A stretch of DNA of 63,172 nt from an uncultured Eubacteriales bacterium (GTDB lineage: Bacteria > Acidobacteriota > Aminicenantia > Aminicenantales > Saccharicenantaceae). Of this stretch, positions 21,566 to 30,103 are shown in pieces (the stretch's first letter is position 1; the number at the start of each line of letters is the position of its first letter). The position numbers and the translations under genes are program-made. The notes under the pieces were generated by a model. It did no database searches. It saw nothing but the letters and a program-made list of their open reading frames with translations, and was not told the origin of the DNA. Location: positions 1-63,172 of the forward strand of contig CAZZCH010000006.1 of the NCBI GenBank assembly GCA_964652895.1, in the 5' to 3' direction.

Positions 21566-23707
21566 TCAGCCCCCTTTTCTTTGCGGAAGCGGCAGCCGGA
21601 TCGAGAATAGGCTGCCCTTCCCGGGTTCGCTTTCGACATGGACCTTACCCCGGTGGGCTGCGACGATTTCCTTGACCAGCGTCAGCCCCAGGCCGCTGCC
21701 TTTGACAGTCCGGGTCAATTCGTCGCCGCCGCGGTAAAAGCGCTCGAAGACCCTGTCGATGTCCTCTTTTATGATGCCGACGCCGAAGTCCCGTACGGCG
21801 ATGACGACGGCTTGTTCCTCAAGACGAGCGCTGACCGATATTTTTCGCGAATCCCCGGAATACTTGATGGCGTTGTCGACGAGGTTGGTCACAGCCTGCG
21901 ATAGGGCCGTCCGGTCCACCGCGAGAAGAGGAAGCGCTCCTTCGACGTCCAGGCCGATATCGAAGCCTTCGTGACGCACCCGTTCGCGAATGGATGTGAC
22001 GACCTCGGTCAAGAGGACGCTGATATCCGTCGTCTCGAACGCGAATTCCGCGCGGCCCGCCTCGATCTTGGCCAGGCTGAGGATGTTGTCCGTGAGCAGC
22101 GCCAGCCGCTCGCTCTGTTCGAGCAGGACATCGTAATATTTCTGCCGGCGCTCCTCGGAGGGCACCCGGCCCGATTGGAGCATCTCGGCCAGCTGCCGGA
22201 TCGAGGTCAGGGGGCTCTTGAACTCATGGGAGACCGTCGAGACGAAATCCGATTTCATCCGGGCCAGCTCCAGCTCGTGGGAGACGGAGCGGATGGTCAG
22301 GACCAGGCCGAAGATGAGGATGCCCGCGATGAGCAGAAACACAAAGAAATAGAGGCCCCGTCTCGACAGCAGAAACGTTTTGATTAGATGTGGAGGCGCC
22401 TGATGGAATTCAAGGGTCCAGTCCGGGAAATTCGAGGCGAAATTCGTCCGGATTGTCACAGGGCCCGTCGACGGATTCTCCGATGCCAATATAACCGAGC
22501 CGTCCCTTGCTTTGACGGCCCATGTCGTCTCTCCCGAAGGGAAATGATCGTGCAGGGCTGGCCGGAGGACATCCTCCTTGAGCCGATCGGCATCAATGAG
22601 TATCCCCCAAGCCGTATCCGAGGCGTTGCCCGCTCGCTCCGCTGACCTTTGTATCGAGACGAGATAGGGGAGATTGCCGATATCCAAAGCCAGCCTGGCG
22701 AAGGGAGGATTCGCCGCTTCCGTGCCGCCGGCGGTCTTCGCCTCCAGGACCGGGGCCGCGCCCTGCTCGAAGGCGATCATCCTCTCCGTTTCCTTTCTTT
22801 GTTCCGCCTCTTCCGCCCCGAGTGTCTGGAATTTCCCTCGCAATTTTGCGAGATCGAGGCCGGGCGGCGGATCTGAAAAGAATGCCTCGATATGGTTCTT
22901 AGCGCGGTTGACGAAAAATTCGAACTCGGCCCTCTCAAGGATCCATTCTCGCCGGAGAAGTGAACGATAGAGCCCTAAGGATGCCTGGAGGGATTTTGCG
23001 AAGTCTCCGAGCTCCCGGGATAATACGCAGATTTCCAGGCTGGCTGACGGCCCCAGCGGCATCCCTCCCGGAATGGCAACCCCGCCGTAGTCTCGAACGA
23101 TGTGTTCATAGGTCGAGACGGCTTCCTGGAGAAGTCCGGATTTCTTTTGGACTCTGGCTACAGCGTTGAGGATCATCCCTGCGAGGCGTGGATCGTTAGA
23201 GTGTCCCAAAACCTGCCTGTAGGCAGCCAGAGCCCTGGGATAGTCCTTCCCCTGGAACTCCAGCCGCTGGGCGGCTTGGAATTCCACGGAATCGCTTGGA
23301 TTGCCTGGAGGGGAGGGGACGGCTTCTCGATGGCCGTCCGGAATATACGACAACCTGGCGATGGGGAAATGGATATTTTTGAGATCCTGTAGATAAAAGA
23401 ACTGCTCGACAAGCGGGTTTGCAGCCGCCAGTTTTTTCAGGGCGGCCGCCGATTCCGGCGACGGCGTCCCGGAATGGCCCGCTACGATTTTCTCGAGAGC
23501 CGTTTCGACGGCCGTTATCTCGTCATCGACCGTGCCGATGACCTGATTGGCGGTCCGCCGAATATCCTCGAGCCGTTCCTTTTCGAGAAGTGCCCGGTCA
23601 TTTTGAATTCCGCGGAAGGCCAGATAGCCCAAGAGAAGGCTGGGCAGGACGATCCCGAGCCCGAAAAGCAGGACGATTCTCCGGCGTTGATGCATCGGGC
23701 CTTTCAC
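21566..23707 (-). CDS. Sensor histidine kinase with a large TPR-like extracytoplasmic domain (module C)
   Basis: 713 aa (GTG start at 23707; alternative ATG at 23695). TM, about 400 aa periplasmic region (YPRALAAYRQVLGHSNDPRLAG..., QEAVSTYEHIVRDYGG), TM, H-box FVSTVSHEFKSPL, G-box GSGLGLTLVKEIVAAHRG. Confidence 0.95.
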   Translation of the reverse strand: MKGPMHQRRRIVLLFGLGIVLPSLLLGYLAFRGIQNDRALLEKERLEDIRRTANQVIGTVDDEITAVETALEKIVAGHSGTPSPESAAALKKLAAANPLVEQFFYLQDLKNIHFPIARLSYIPDGHREAVPSPPGNPSDSVEFQAAQRLEFQGKDYPRALAAYRQVLGHSNDPRLAGMILNAVARVQKKSGLLQEAVSTYEHIVRDYGGVAIPGGMPLGPSASLEICVLSRELGDFAKSLQASLGLYRSLLRREWILERAEFEFFVNRAKNHIEAFFSDPPPGLDLAKLRGKFQTLGAEEAEQRKETERMIAFEQGAAPVLEAKTAGGTEAANPPFARLALDIGNLPYLVSIQRSAERAGNASDTAWGILIDADRLKEDVLRPALHDHFPSGETTWAVKARDGSVILASENPSTGPVTIRTNFASNFPDWTLEFHQAPPHLIKTFLLSRRGLYFFVFLLIAGILIFGLVLTIRSVSHELELARMKSDFVSTVSHEFKSPLTSIRQLAEMLQSGRVPSEERRQKYYDVLLEQSERLALLTDNILSLAKIEAGRAEFAFETTDISVLLTEVVTSIRERVRHEGFDIGLDVEGALPLLAVDRTALSQAVTNLVDNAIKYSGDSRKISVSARLEEQAVVIAVRDFGVGIIKEDIDRVFERFYRGGDELTRTVKGSGLGLTLVKEIVAAHRGKVHVESEPGKGSLFSIRLPLPQRKGG

Positions 23708-23919
23708 CCCAGGGCCATGGGGTCTCTTGCCCCAGCCTGATGATTTGCCCTTATCTTAGACTATGAGTGCAACCAAGACAAGAAGGACTTACCGTCATCG
23801 GCCTCCTTCGGTTGGAAGCATAGCATCGATTATGCCCTCCGCCTTGACGCTTTTTGGATTCTTTGGTGAAGATTATGTGAAAAGATTAAGGCTTCTCGCG
23901 AAAGCACAATCAACGCGTT

Positions 23920-24294
23920 CTATGTCTGATGAGGCTCCTGTTGCAGCTCGCGCGGCTCGAGAACAAGGCGGAGGCCCGCGACAATCTCCATGACTCTCTG
24001 CTGCGATAAAGTCCCAATCTTTTCCTTGAGGATGGATTTGTCAACGGTGACGATCTGAGACACGTTGACCACGCTCGGGCGGGGCAAGTTCGCTTCGCCT
24101 TTCCGAAGCAGGAGGTTGCCGGGGGCTTTGGCCCGGGACAGGTTCGATGTAACGGCGCATAGTACGGTCGTTTGGATGCGGCTGGCGTTGAAAACGTCGT
24201 TCTGTACGACGACGTGGGGCCGCCGAAAACCGGGGCCGGAGCCTCGAGGTGCTCCCGTGTCGAGCCAAAAAAGATCGCCCTGGGCGATCACCAA
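23920..24294 (-). CDS. PemK/MazF-family type II toxin (mRNA interferase)
   Basis: 124 aa. GDLFWLD...RRPHVVVQNDVFN...TVLCAVTSN...NVSQIVTVDKS matches the MazF/PemK SH3-like fold pattern. The start overlaps the antitoxin stop. Confidence 0.85.
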   Translation of the reverse strand: MVIAQGDLFWLDTGAPRGSGPGFRRPHVVVQNDVFNASRIQTTVLCAVTSNLSRAKAPGNLLLRKGEANLPRPSVVNVSQIVTVDKSILKEKIGTLSQQRVMEIVAGLRLVLEPRELQQEPHQT

Positions 24295-24539
24295 TCTTCC
24301 TTCTCGAGAACGGTGCGCTTGTAGAGGTCGAGCGCCGCTGTCCGGGAGTCCTTCTCCTCTCCCGTTTCCGGCGCGGTATAAACCTCGTTCAGGGAGTCGA
24401 AAATGCGACGGGATTCGAGCTTCGTCAGATATTCCCTGACCGCCTCGACAACTATTTCGCTTCGCGAGCGATTCTGCTCTTCCGCGAGCTTCTTGACGTC
24501 AAGGAACACACTGTCGGGAATGGAGATAGCAATCTTCAT
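24288..24539 (-). CDS. Ribbon-helix-helix antitoxin (CopG/MazE-position partner of the MazF-like toxin)
   Basis: Trimmed to ATG 24537-24539 (MKIAISIPDSVFLDVKKLAEEQNRSRSEIVVEAVREYL...), 83 aa. RHH beta-strand plus two helices. Confidence 0.8.
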   Translation of the reverse strand: MKIAISIPDSVFLDVKKLAEEQNRSRSEIVVEAVREYLTKLESRRIFDSLNEVYTAPETGEEKDSRTAALDLYKRTVLEKEDW

Positions 24540-24545
24540 ACCACT

Positions 24546-24574
24546 AGTATGAATGAAAGTATTCCATTTGTCAA
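24546..24574 (-). promoter_or_regulatory. Promoter of the RHH-MazF cassette (-35 TTGACA, 17 nt, -10 CATACT), apparently leaderless
   Basis: The gene-strand sequence is TTGACAaatggaatactttcattCATACTagtggtATG. Only 6 nt separate the -10 from the ATG and no SD is present. Confidence 0.5.
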
Positions 24575-24654
24575 ATTGTCGAACTGAACCGTTTTCTGTC
24601 ATCCCAGAGTGTTAGACGTCGCTGCATGCCCCGTTGTCTTACGAGACGCCCCCG

Positions 24655-25395
24655 TCAGATGAAGAGCAGAGCCGCAAGGGAAAGGACCATGAGGGCGAAC
24701 GAGAGCTTGTAAATCGCGCGCCAGGCGGCGTTGGCCTCCCGGAGGATCTCGAATTCCGTGACGTAGACGACCTCACAGGCGCCGTTTCCCCGGTCGTTCC
24801 GGACCGTGCTCGAGCCGCGGGCGTAGGGCGCGCCCGTCTGGCCGTAAGACACGAGCCAGCCCTTGAATCGGACCTGGTCGCCCTTACGAGCCTTCCGGAC
24901 GGCCGCGTCGACGAACAGGTCGGCCGGGAGCAGGTGGTTGTTGGATAAGCAATCCTCGGTGAAAAGTTCGCCCGTTTCCCGGTCGGGGTAGCGGTAGAAG
25001 CAGGTGAAATCGCGGTTGTGGAAGGACATCCGCTCGTAGACGCCGGTCTCGACGTTCTTCCCCCAGATGACACAGACGTCCTTGACGTTGATATAATCGT
25101 TCCACAGTTTGTGGGAGAGGTCGATGAAAGAAGCGGAGTCGTGATAGGAAACGATCATCCCCCAGAGCTCATAACGGAAGAGCGGAGTCACCGTGTAGGT
25201 GACGTCCTTGCGCGTGACCTCGAACGGTTCGGGAACGTCGTCTTTGGTCTGAATGGGATCCTGGAGGAGGGGTTCCAGGATGAGGCTCTTGTCCGGGAGC
25301 CGGTTTCGCATGAAGAAGGAGACGGCGAAGACGAGTGCCGCGATCGGGAGGATGACTTTGGCCAGCCGTCGAAGTCCCGGCATCTTGTCTCTCAT
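24655..25395 (-). CDS. Hypothetical membrane protein (hydrophobic helices at both termini), unknown family
   Basis: 246 aa. N-terminal TM (VILPIAALVFAVSFFM) and C-terminal TM (LSFALMVLSLAALLFI) flank a soluble domain of about 190 aa. I recognise no motif. Confidence 0.7.
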   Translation of the reverse strand: MRDKMPGLRRLAKVILPIAALVFAVSFFMRNRLPDKSLILEPLLQDPIQTKDDVPEPFEVTRKDVTYTVTPLFRYELWGMIVSYHDSASFIDLSHKLWNDYINVKDVCVIWGKNVETGVYERMSFHNRDFTCFYRYPDRETGELFTEDCLSNNHLLPADLFVDAAVRKARKGDQVRFKGWLVSYGQTGAPYARGSSTVRNDRGNGACEVVYVTEFEILREANAAWRAIYKLSFALMVLSLAALLFI

Positions 25396-25420
25396 CCGAC
25401 GCGTATCCTAGTAAAAAAAG

Positions 25421-25452
25421 AAGAAGGGGTCAAACTTGTTTGACCCCTTCTT
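25421..25452. repeat. Perfect hairpin AAGAAGGGGTCAAAC-tt-GTTTGACCCCTTCTT (GGGGTCAAAC palindrome family)
   Basis: 15-nt arms are exact reverse complements. It lies in a divergent intergenic region, so it is not a terminator for either flanking gene. The same GGGGTCAAAC core recurs at 43941-44027. Confidence 0.85.
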
Positions 25453-25463
25453 GCCTCCTCTTG

Positions 25464-25492
25464 TTGACTTCGCCCGGGGCCGGAGCTATATT
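25464..25492 (+). promoter_or_regulatory. Candidate rhaT promoter (-35 TTGACT, 17 nt, -10 TATATT)
   Basis: Hexamers at 25464-25469 and 25487-25492. SD GGAGGAG and ATG 25513 follow downstream. Confidence 0.5.
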
Positions 25493-25512
25493 CCGGGACT
25501 CATGGAGGAGCG

Positions 25513-26607
25513 ATGAATCCCAATCCCTTTCTCGGAGTTTTTCTTCATGCCCTGGGAGGGTTCGCCGCCGGGAGCTTTTACATTCCGTATAAAAAAGTCC
25601 GCGGCTGGGCTTGGGAGACCTACTGGCTGACGGGCGGATTCTTCAGCTGGATCATCGCGCCCTGGGTCGTTGGGCTTCTGACTTGCCCGGACCTCATCGG
25701 AGTCCTCAGGTGGGCATCCGCCCGGACACTCCTTTGGACGTACCTTTTCGGTGTGATGTGGGGGATCGGCGGCCTGACATTCGGCCTGAGCATGCGTTAT
25801 CTCGGGCTGTCGCTCGGCATGGCCCTCTCGCTCGGGTTCTGCGCCGTTTTTGGCACTCTCGTCCCGCCCGTTTTCGAGGGACGCATCGCCGGGCTTGTCG
25901 CGACGACCTCCGGCCGCATCGTCATTCTCGGCATTATCGTGTGTCTTACGGGCATCGCCATGTGCGGCCGGGCTGGAATGAAGAAAGAACGGGAGCTCTC
26001 CGATGCCGAGAAAAAAGTCTCCATCGCCGAGTTCAGCTTCGTTAAGGGCGCCTGGGTCGCCGTTTTCGCCGGGATCATGAGTTCTTGCATGGCCTTCGCC
26101 TTCGCTGCCGGCAAGCCCATCGCCGAAGCCGCCGTCCGGAGCGGGACCCAGCCGCTTTTCCAGAATTTCCCGGTGTTGATCGTCGCCCTATTCGGCGGAT
26201 TCACCACGAATTTCATCTGGTGCGCGGCCCTGAGCGTCAGGAACAAGTCGGGCCGCGACTATCTCCGGGTTAAAATGGCCGAACCGGCCGGGGGCCCGAA
26301 CACCTCGGCTCCGCCGAAGCCGTCGCTCCTTTCCAATTACATCTTCTCGGCCCTGGCCGGGACGACCTGGTATTTCCAGTTCTTCTTTTACGGTATGGGC
26401 ACGACGAAAATGGGGAAATACGATTTCTCCAGCTGGACGATCCATATGGCCTTCATCATCATTTTCAGCAGCCTCTGGGGGATTTACTTCCGCGAATGGA
26501 AGGGGACGGGCCGGCCGACGCGTCGCCTGGTCGTTGCCGGCATCGCCGTCCTCATCCTGTCGACGATCGTCGTCGGCGTCGGGAACTACCTAGCGACGCT
26601 CAAATAG
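25513..26607 (+). CDS. rhaT: L-rhamnose/H+ symporter RhaT family
   Basis: 364 aa. Clear collinear similarity to E. coli RhaT from memory (FYIPYKKVRGWAWETYW vs FYAPFKKVKKWSWETMW; MRYLGLSLG; WYFQFFFYG vs WYLQFFFYA). Confidence 0.9.
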   Translation: MNPNPFLGVFLHALGGFAAGSFYIPYKKVRGWAWETYWLTGGFFSWIIAPWVVGLLTCPDLIGVLRWASARTLLWTYLFGVMWGIGGLTFGLSMRYLGLSLGMALSLGFCAVFGTLVPPVFEGRIAGLVATTSGRIVILGIIVCLTGIAMCGRAGMKKERELSDAEKKVSIAEFSFVKGAWVAVFAGIMSSCMAFAFAAGKPIAEAAVRSGTQPLFQNFPVLIVALFGGFTTNFIWCAALSVRNKSGRDYLRVKMAEPAGGPNTSAPPKPSLLSNYIFSALAGTTWYFQFFFYGMGTTKMGKYDFSSWTIHMAFIIIFSSLWGIYFREWKGTGRPTRRLVVAGIAVLILSTIVVGVGNYLATLK

Positions 26608-26639
26608 ATGTTACGGAGGCCGCGAAAGGAGGACCGCAC

Positions 26640-28820
26640 ATGCTTTCTCGCCGCCGATTTCTGGGATCAGCCGGCATTTTCGCCGGAGCCGTGGTCTTTG
26701 ACCGGGCGCTTTTCAGGGCCGGCCGGCCGGCACTCCAAGCGGCGTCGCAGCTTTGGGCGACAGACGCCGGAAGGGTCCGCGTTTCCCCCGGGCCATGGAT
26801 GGTGCTCCCGGCCACGGACCCCGGCGTTCATCTCGAAAACCTCTACCTGCGCATGCCCGACGGCGTGCGGCTGAACGCCTTTCTCTACCTGCCCGATAAG
26901 CTTTCGTCGGGCGTGAAGGTCCCCGGCATCCTCGAAACGATGCCCTACCGCTATGGCCCGCTCGCGGATTCCTATCCCGCGCGGCACGGCTACGCCTCGA
27001 TCTTCGTCGATGTCCGGGGCACGGGCGGATCGGAAGGGATCCCGACGATCGAATATTCCGTCGAAGAGTACGAGGACATCGCCCACATCATCGACTGGCT
27101 ATCGAGACAGCCCTGGTCGAACGGCAACGTCGGCATGTATGGCGGTTCCTACGGCGCGTTCAACAGCGTCTGGACAGCGGCCGCCGTCAAACCGCCGGCG
27201 CTGAAGGCCGTCTTCGCCATGTGCGGCACGGATGACCGCTATACCGACGACATCCATCATCCGGGCGGCGCGATGCTCATGGTGGACAACTCCTGGGCCC
27301 TAGCCATGGTGACCAGCAACGGCATGCCGGGCGCGCCCGGCTACGACCTCGACAGCAAGGCCTCTCTCGACCGCTGGGAGACGCCGCCGTGGCTCCAGGA
27401 ATTCCTTCATCACCAGATCGACGGTCCCTATTACCGCCGCGGCTCGCTCGCCCCCGGCTATGACCGGCTGACGGTCCCCACGTTCCTCATCGGCGGGTAC
27501 CTCGACGTCTACCAGAACTTCGTCCCCCGGATCATGAAGCACTCGAAAAACGCCGTGACCAAGGGCATCCTCGGGCCCTGGCATCACAGCCTGACGGAGC
27601 CCGGACCGAAGATCGACATCGAGAACGCCTTGATGGTGCGCTGGTTCGACCATTGGCTCAAAGGGAAAGACACGGGCATGCTCGAAGAACCCCGCGTCTC
27701 GTTCTACATGCCGGGCTGGCGACGGCAGACGTTCCGTTACACCGGGGACATCCCCGGGGAATGGCGCCATCTCGACGCCTGGCCGGAAACGGTGTTCGAA
27801 TCCGGGGAGCGCCTCTTTCTGCGGCCGGAGCCCGAGATCCCGGCGGGGCGCGCGCTGTCCATGGAGCCATCTCCCGGGCAGGGCGGCCGGCTCGGCGGTG
27901 AATCCGGTCCGGCATCCGCGCTCAAGCTCCGCTATTATCCGGGGACGGGCGGAAACGCCCAGTCATTCGGGCCGACCACCGGCGAGGGCTACTACGGCCT
28001 GGACCATCGGGCGGAGGATGTCTGGGGGCTCTCGTTCGATACGCCACCGCTCAAGGAAGCGGTCGAAATCCTGGGTTTCGCCAAGGCGCGGCTTTTCGTG
28101 TCGACCACGGCCCGGGTTGCCAATTGGATCGTCCGGCTGTGCGACGTGGCCCCGGACGGGACCTCCTATCTTATCAGCCGGGGCTTTCTCAACGGCACCC
28201 ACCGGCGCTCCCACACGAACCCCGAAGCCCTGGTCCCGGGAGAAGTCTACGAGATCGCCGTGGAGCTGATGTGCGTCGGATACAGGTTCGACCCCGGCCA
28301 CCGCATTCGAGCCGTCTTGACGAACGCCGATTTTCCGGTCCTCTGGCCGTCGCCGTATCCCATGACGACAACGCTCTACACGGGAGGCGACCGCCCGTCC
28401 CATATCGCTTTGCCCGTCTTGCCCAAGCTATCCTACCGCGCCGCCGAACTTCCGGCGCTGCCGGAAGAGCCGGCCGGGGGAGAGGCCACACAGCCGCCGG
28501 GACTGGCCGGCGAAGAAAAGAGCTGGCTTCGAGTCATCCGCGACGCCGAGAACGGTGAACAGACGACGGTCGTCAACCTTCCCTGGGGAGGGGAGATCAC
28601 GTGCCGGGTCAAGGACGATGATCCAGCCGCGGCCTCCTTGAGAACGGTCTGCTCCAACCCGGAAAAAGCCGGCGACCGGCGGGTCGAGGTCCGTTCCGAC
28701 GGGGAACTCCGCAGCACGGCGGACGAATTCATCCTGGACATCACCTGCACCCTGCTCGAAAACGACCGGGTCGTGCGCACTCGCCAATGGAAGGACAAGG
28801 TCCGCCGGGAGCTTATTTGA
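26640..28820 (+). CDS. CocE/NonD-family (S15 X-Pro dipeptidyl-peptidase-like) hydrolase with Tat signal
   Basis: Trimmed to ATG 26640 after AAAGGAGG (MLSRRRFLGSAGIFAGAVVF, twin-arginine motif), 726 aa. YLRMPDGVRLNAFLYLP...VDVRGTGGSEG...NVGMYGGSYGAFN (GxSxG nucleophile). Confidence 0.88.
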   Translation: MLSRRRFLGSAGIFAGAVVFDRALFRAGRPALQAASQLWATDAGRVRVSPGPWMVLPATDPGVHLENLYLRMPDGVRLNAFLYLPDKLSSGVKVPGILETMPYRYGPLADSYPARHGYASIFVDVRGTGGSEGIPTIEYSVEEYEDIAHIIDWLSRQPWSNGNVGMYGGSYGAFNSVWTAAAVKPPALKAVFAMCGTDDRYTDDIHHPGGAMLMVDNSWALAMVTSNGMPGAPGYDLDSKASLDRWETPPWLQEFLHHQIDGPYYRRGSLAPGYDRLTVPTFLIGGYLDVYQNFVPRIMKHSKNAVTKGILGPWHHSLTEPGPKIDIENALMVRWFDHWLKGKDTGMLEEPRVSFYMPGWRRQTFRYTGDIPGEWRHLDAWPETVFESGERLFLRPEPEIPAGRALSMEPSPGQGGRLGGESGPASALKLRYYPGTGGNAQSFGPTTGEGYYGLDHRAEDVWGLSFDTPPLKEAVEILGFAKARLFVSTTARVANWIVRLCDVAPDGTSYLISRGFLNGTHRRSHTNPEALVPGEVYEIAVELMCVGYRFDPGHRIRAVLTNADFPVLWPSPYPMTTTLYTGGDRPSHIALPVLPKLSYRAAELPALPEEPAGGEATQPPGLAGEEKSWLRVIRDAENGEQTTVVNLPWGGEITCRVKDDDPAAASLRTVCSNPEKAGDRRVEVRSDGELRSTADEFILDITCTLLENDRVVRTRQWKDKVRRELI

Positions 28821-28830
28821 GATCGACCTC

Positions 28831-30084
28831 ATGAGCACGTTCCGCCGTTGGCTGGTGATGGCCTGCCTGTGCCTTTCGGGCGGGATCATCTTTCTACTGC
28901 CCTTTTTACGGGAGGTCTACTATATCCCCCTGCAGAAGGCCCTCGGTTTGACCAACACCCAGCTCGGCGTCCTGATGAGCGTCTTCGGCGCGGTTTCCCT
29001 GCTCACCTATTTCCCGGGAGGCTGGCTGGCCGACCGCGTTTCGTCCCGGAAACTGATCTCGTTCTCCATGCTGGCCACGGGGCTGGCCGGCTTCGCTTTC
29101 GCCACCTTCCCCTCGTATCCTTTGTCCATCGCCATCCACGGTTTCTGGGGCGTCACCTGCTCCCTGACATTCTGGGGGGCTATGATCAAGGCCACCCGGA
29201 ACTGGGCTCCGGCCGCCGAGCAGGGCCGGGCGTTCGGCATCTTGGAAAGCGGCCGGGGGATCGCGGAACTCGCCGGCTCGACGGCCCTCTTGGCCGTATT
29301 CGCCGGGATGGGCGGCGGCAAGCCCGGGTTGGCGCGCGTCGTCGTTCTGTTTTCGGTTATCGACATCCTTCTTGCCGTGATGGCCTGGTTCATGCTCGTC
29401 GACGCTCCACGAAACGGAAGGAGGCCGGGGGAGGGCGCTCAGAAAATCGAGTTGAGACAGATGATCATCGTTTTGAAAATGCCGGTAGTCTGGCTGATGT
29501 CCATCGTGATCATGGCCGCGTACGCCGCCTATTGGGGGGCCTACTATTTCACGCCGTACGCCACGGACGTCTTTCTCATGAGCGTCGTATTCGGCGGCGC
29601 GATCGGGGTCGGCAAGATGTGGGTCAAACCGTTCGCGGCCCTCGGAGCGGGCTTCCTGGCCGACAAAGCCGGGGTCGCCAAGACCATAGCCTGGTCTTTC
29701 GGCGTCCTCGTCCCCAGTTTCGTCGTTTTCACCCTGACGCCGGGAAATCCGAACTTGGTCGGGATTCTCATCGTGAACACCGCGGTCGCTTCACTCGCTA
29801 TCTTCGCGCTGCGAGGCATCTACTTCGCCCTGCTCGAGGAAGTCGGCATTCCGCTGGCCATAACCGGGACGGTGGCCGGTCTGATGTCGGCCATCGGCTT
29901 CACCCCCGATGTCTTCATGCCCCTGCTGGGAGGCGTCCTCATGGACCGTTATCCCGGGGCCCGGGGCTACCGGTATTTCTTCGCGTTCGTTGTTGTTCTA
30001 TGCCTATTGGGGTTCCTTGCGAGCCTCGTCATCCTCAAGAAAAATGGACCGAAACGGCGCGGGGCCGCGTCCGATGGATCATAA
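28831..30084 (+). CDS. MFS transporter
   Basis: 417 aa with about 12 predicted hydrophobic helices and a GWLADRVSSRK motif-A-like loop between TM2 and TM3. Confidence 0.88.
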   Translation: MSTFRRWLVMACLCLSGGIIFLLPFLREVYYIPLQKALGLTNTQLGVLMSVFGAVSLLTYFPGGWLADRVSSRKLISFSMLATGLAGFAFATFPSYPLSIAIHGFWGVTCSLTFWGAMIKATRNWAPAAEQGRAFGILESGRGIAELAGSTALLAVFAGMGGGKPGLARVVVLFSVIDILLAVMAWFMLVDAPRNGRRPGEGAQKIELRQMIIVLKMPVVWLMSIVIMAAYAAYWGAYYFTPYATDVFLMSVVFGGAIGVGKMWVKPFAALGAGFLADKAGVAKTIAWSFGVLVPSFVVFTLTPGNPNLVGILIVNTAVASLAIFALRGIYFALLEEVGIPLAITGTVAGLMSAIGFTPDVFMPLLGGVLMDRYPGARGYRYFFAFVVVLCLLGFLASLVILKKNGPKRRGAASDGS

Positions 30085-30103
30085 CGGAACAAGGAGAGCG
30101 ACC

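Noticed and set aside
23763-23993. A 76-aa ORF in the gap between kinase C and the MazF-like gene.
   Set aside because: It has no SD and a low-complexity product, and it overlaps the 3' end of the toxin gene on the opposite strand.
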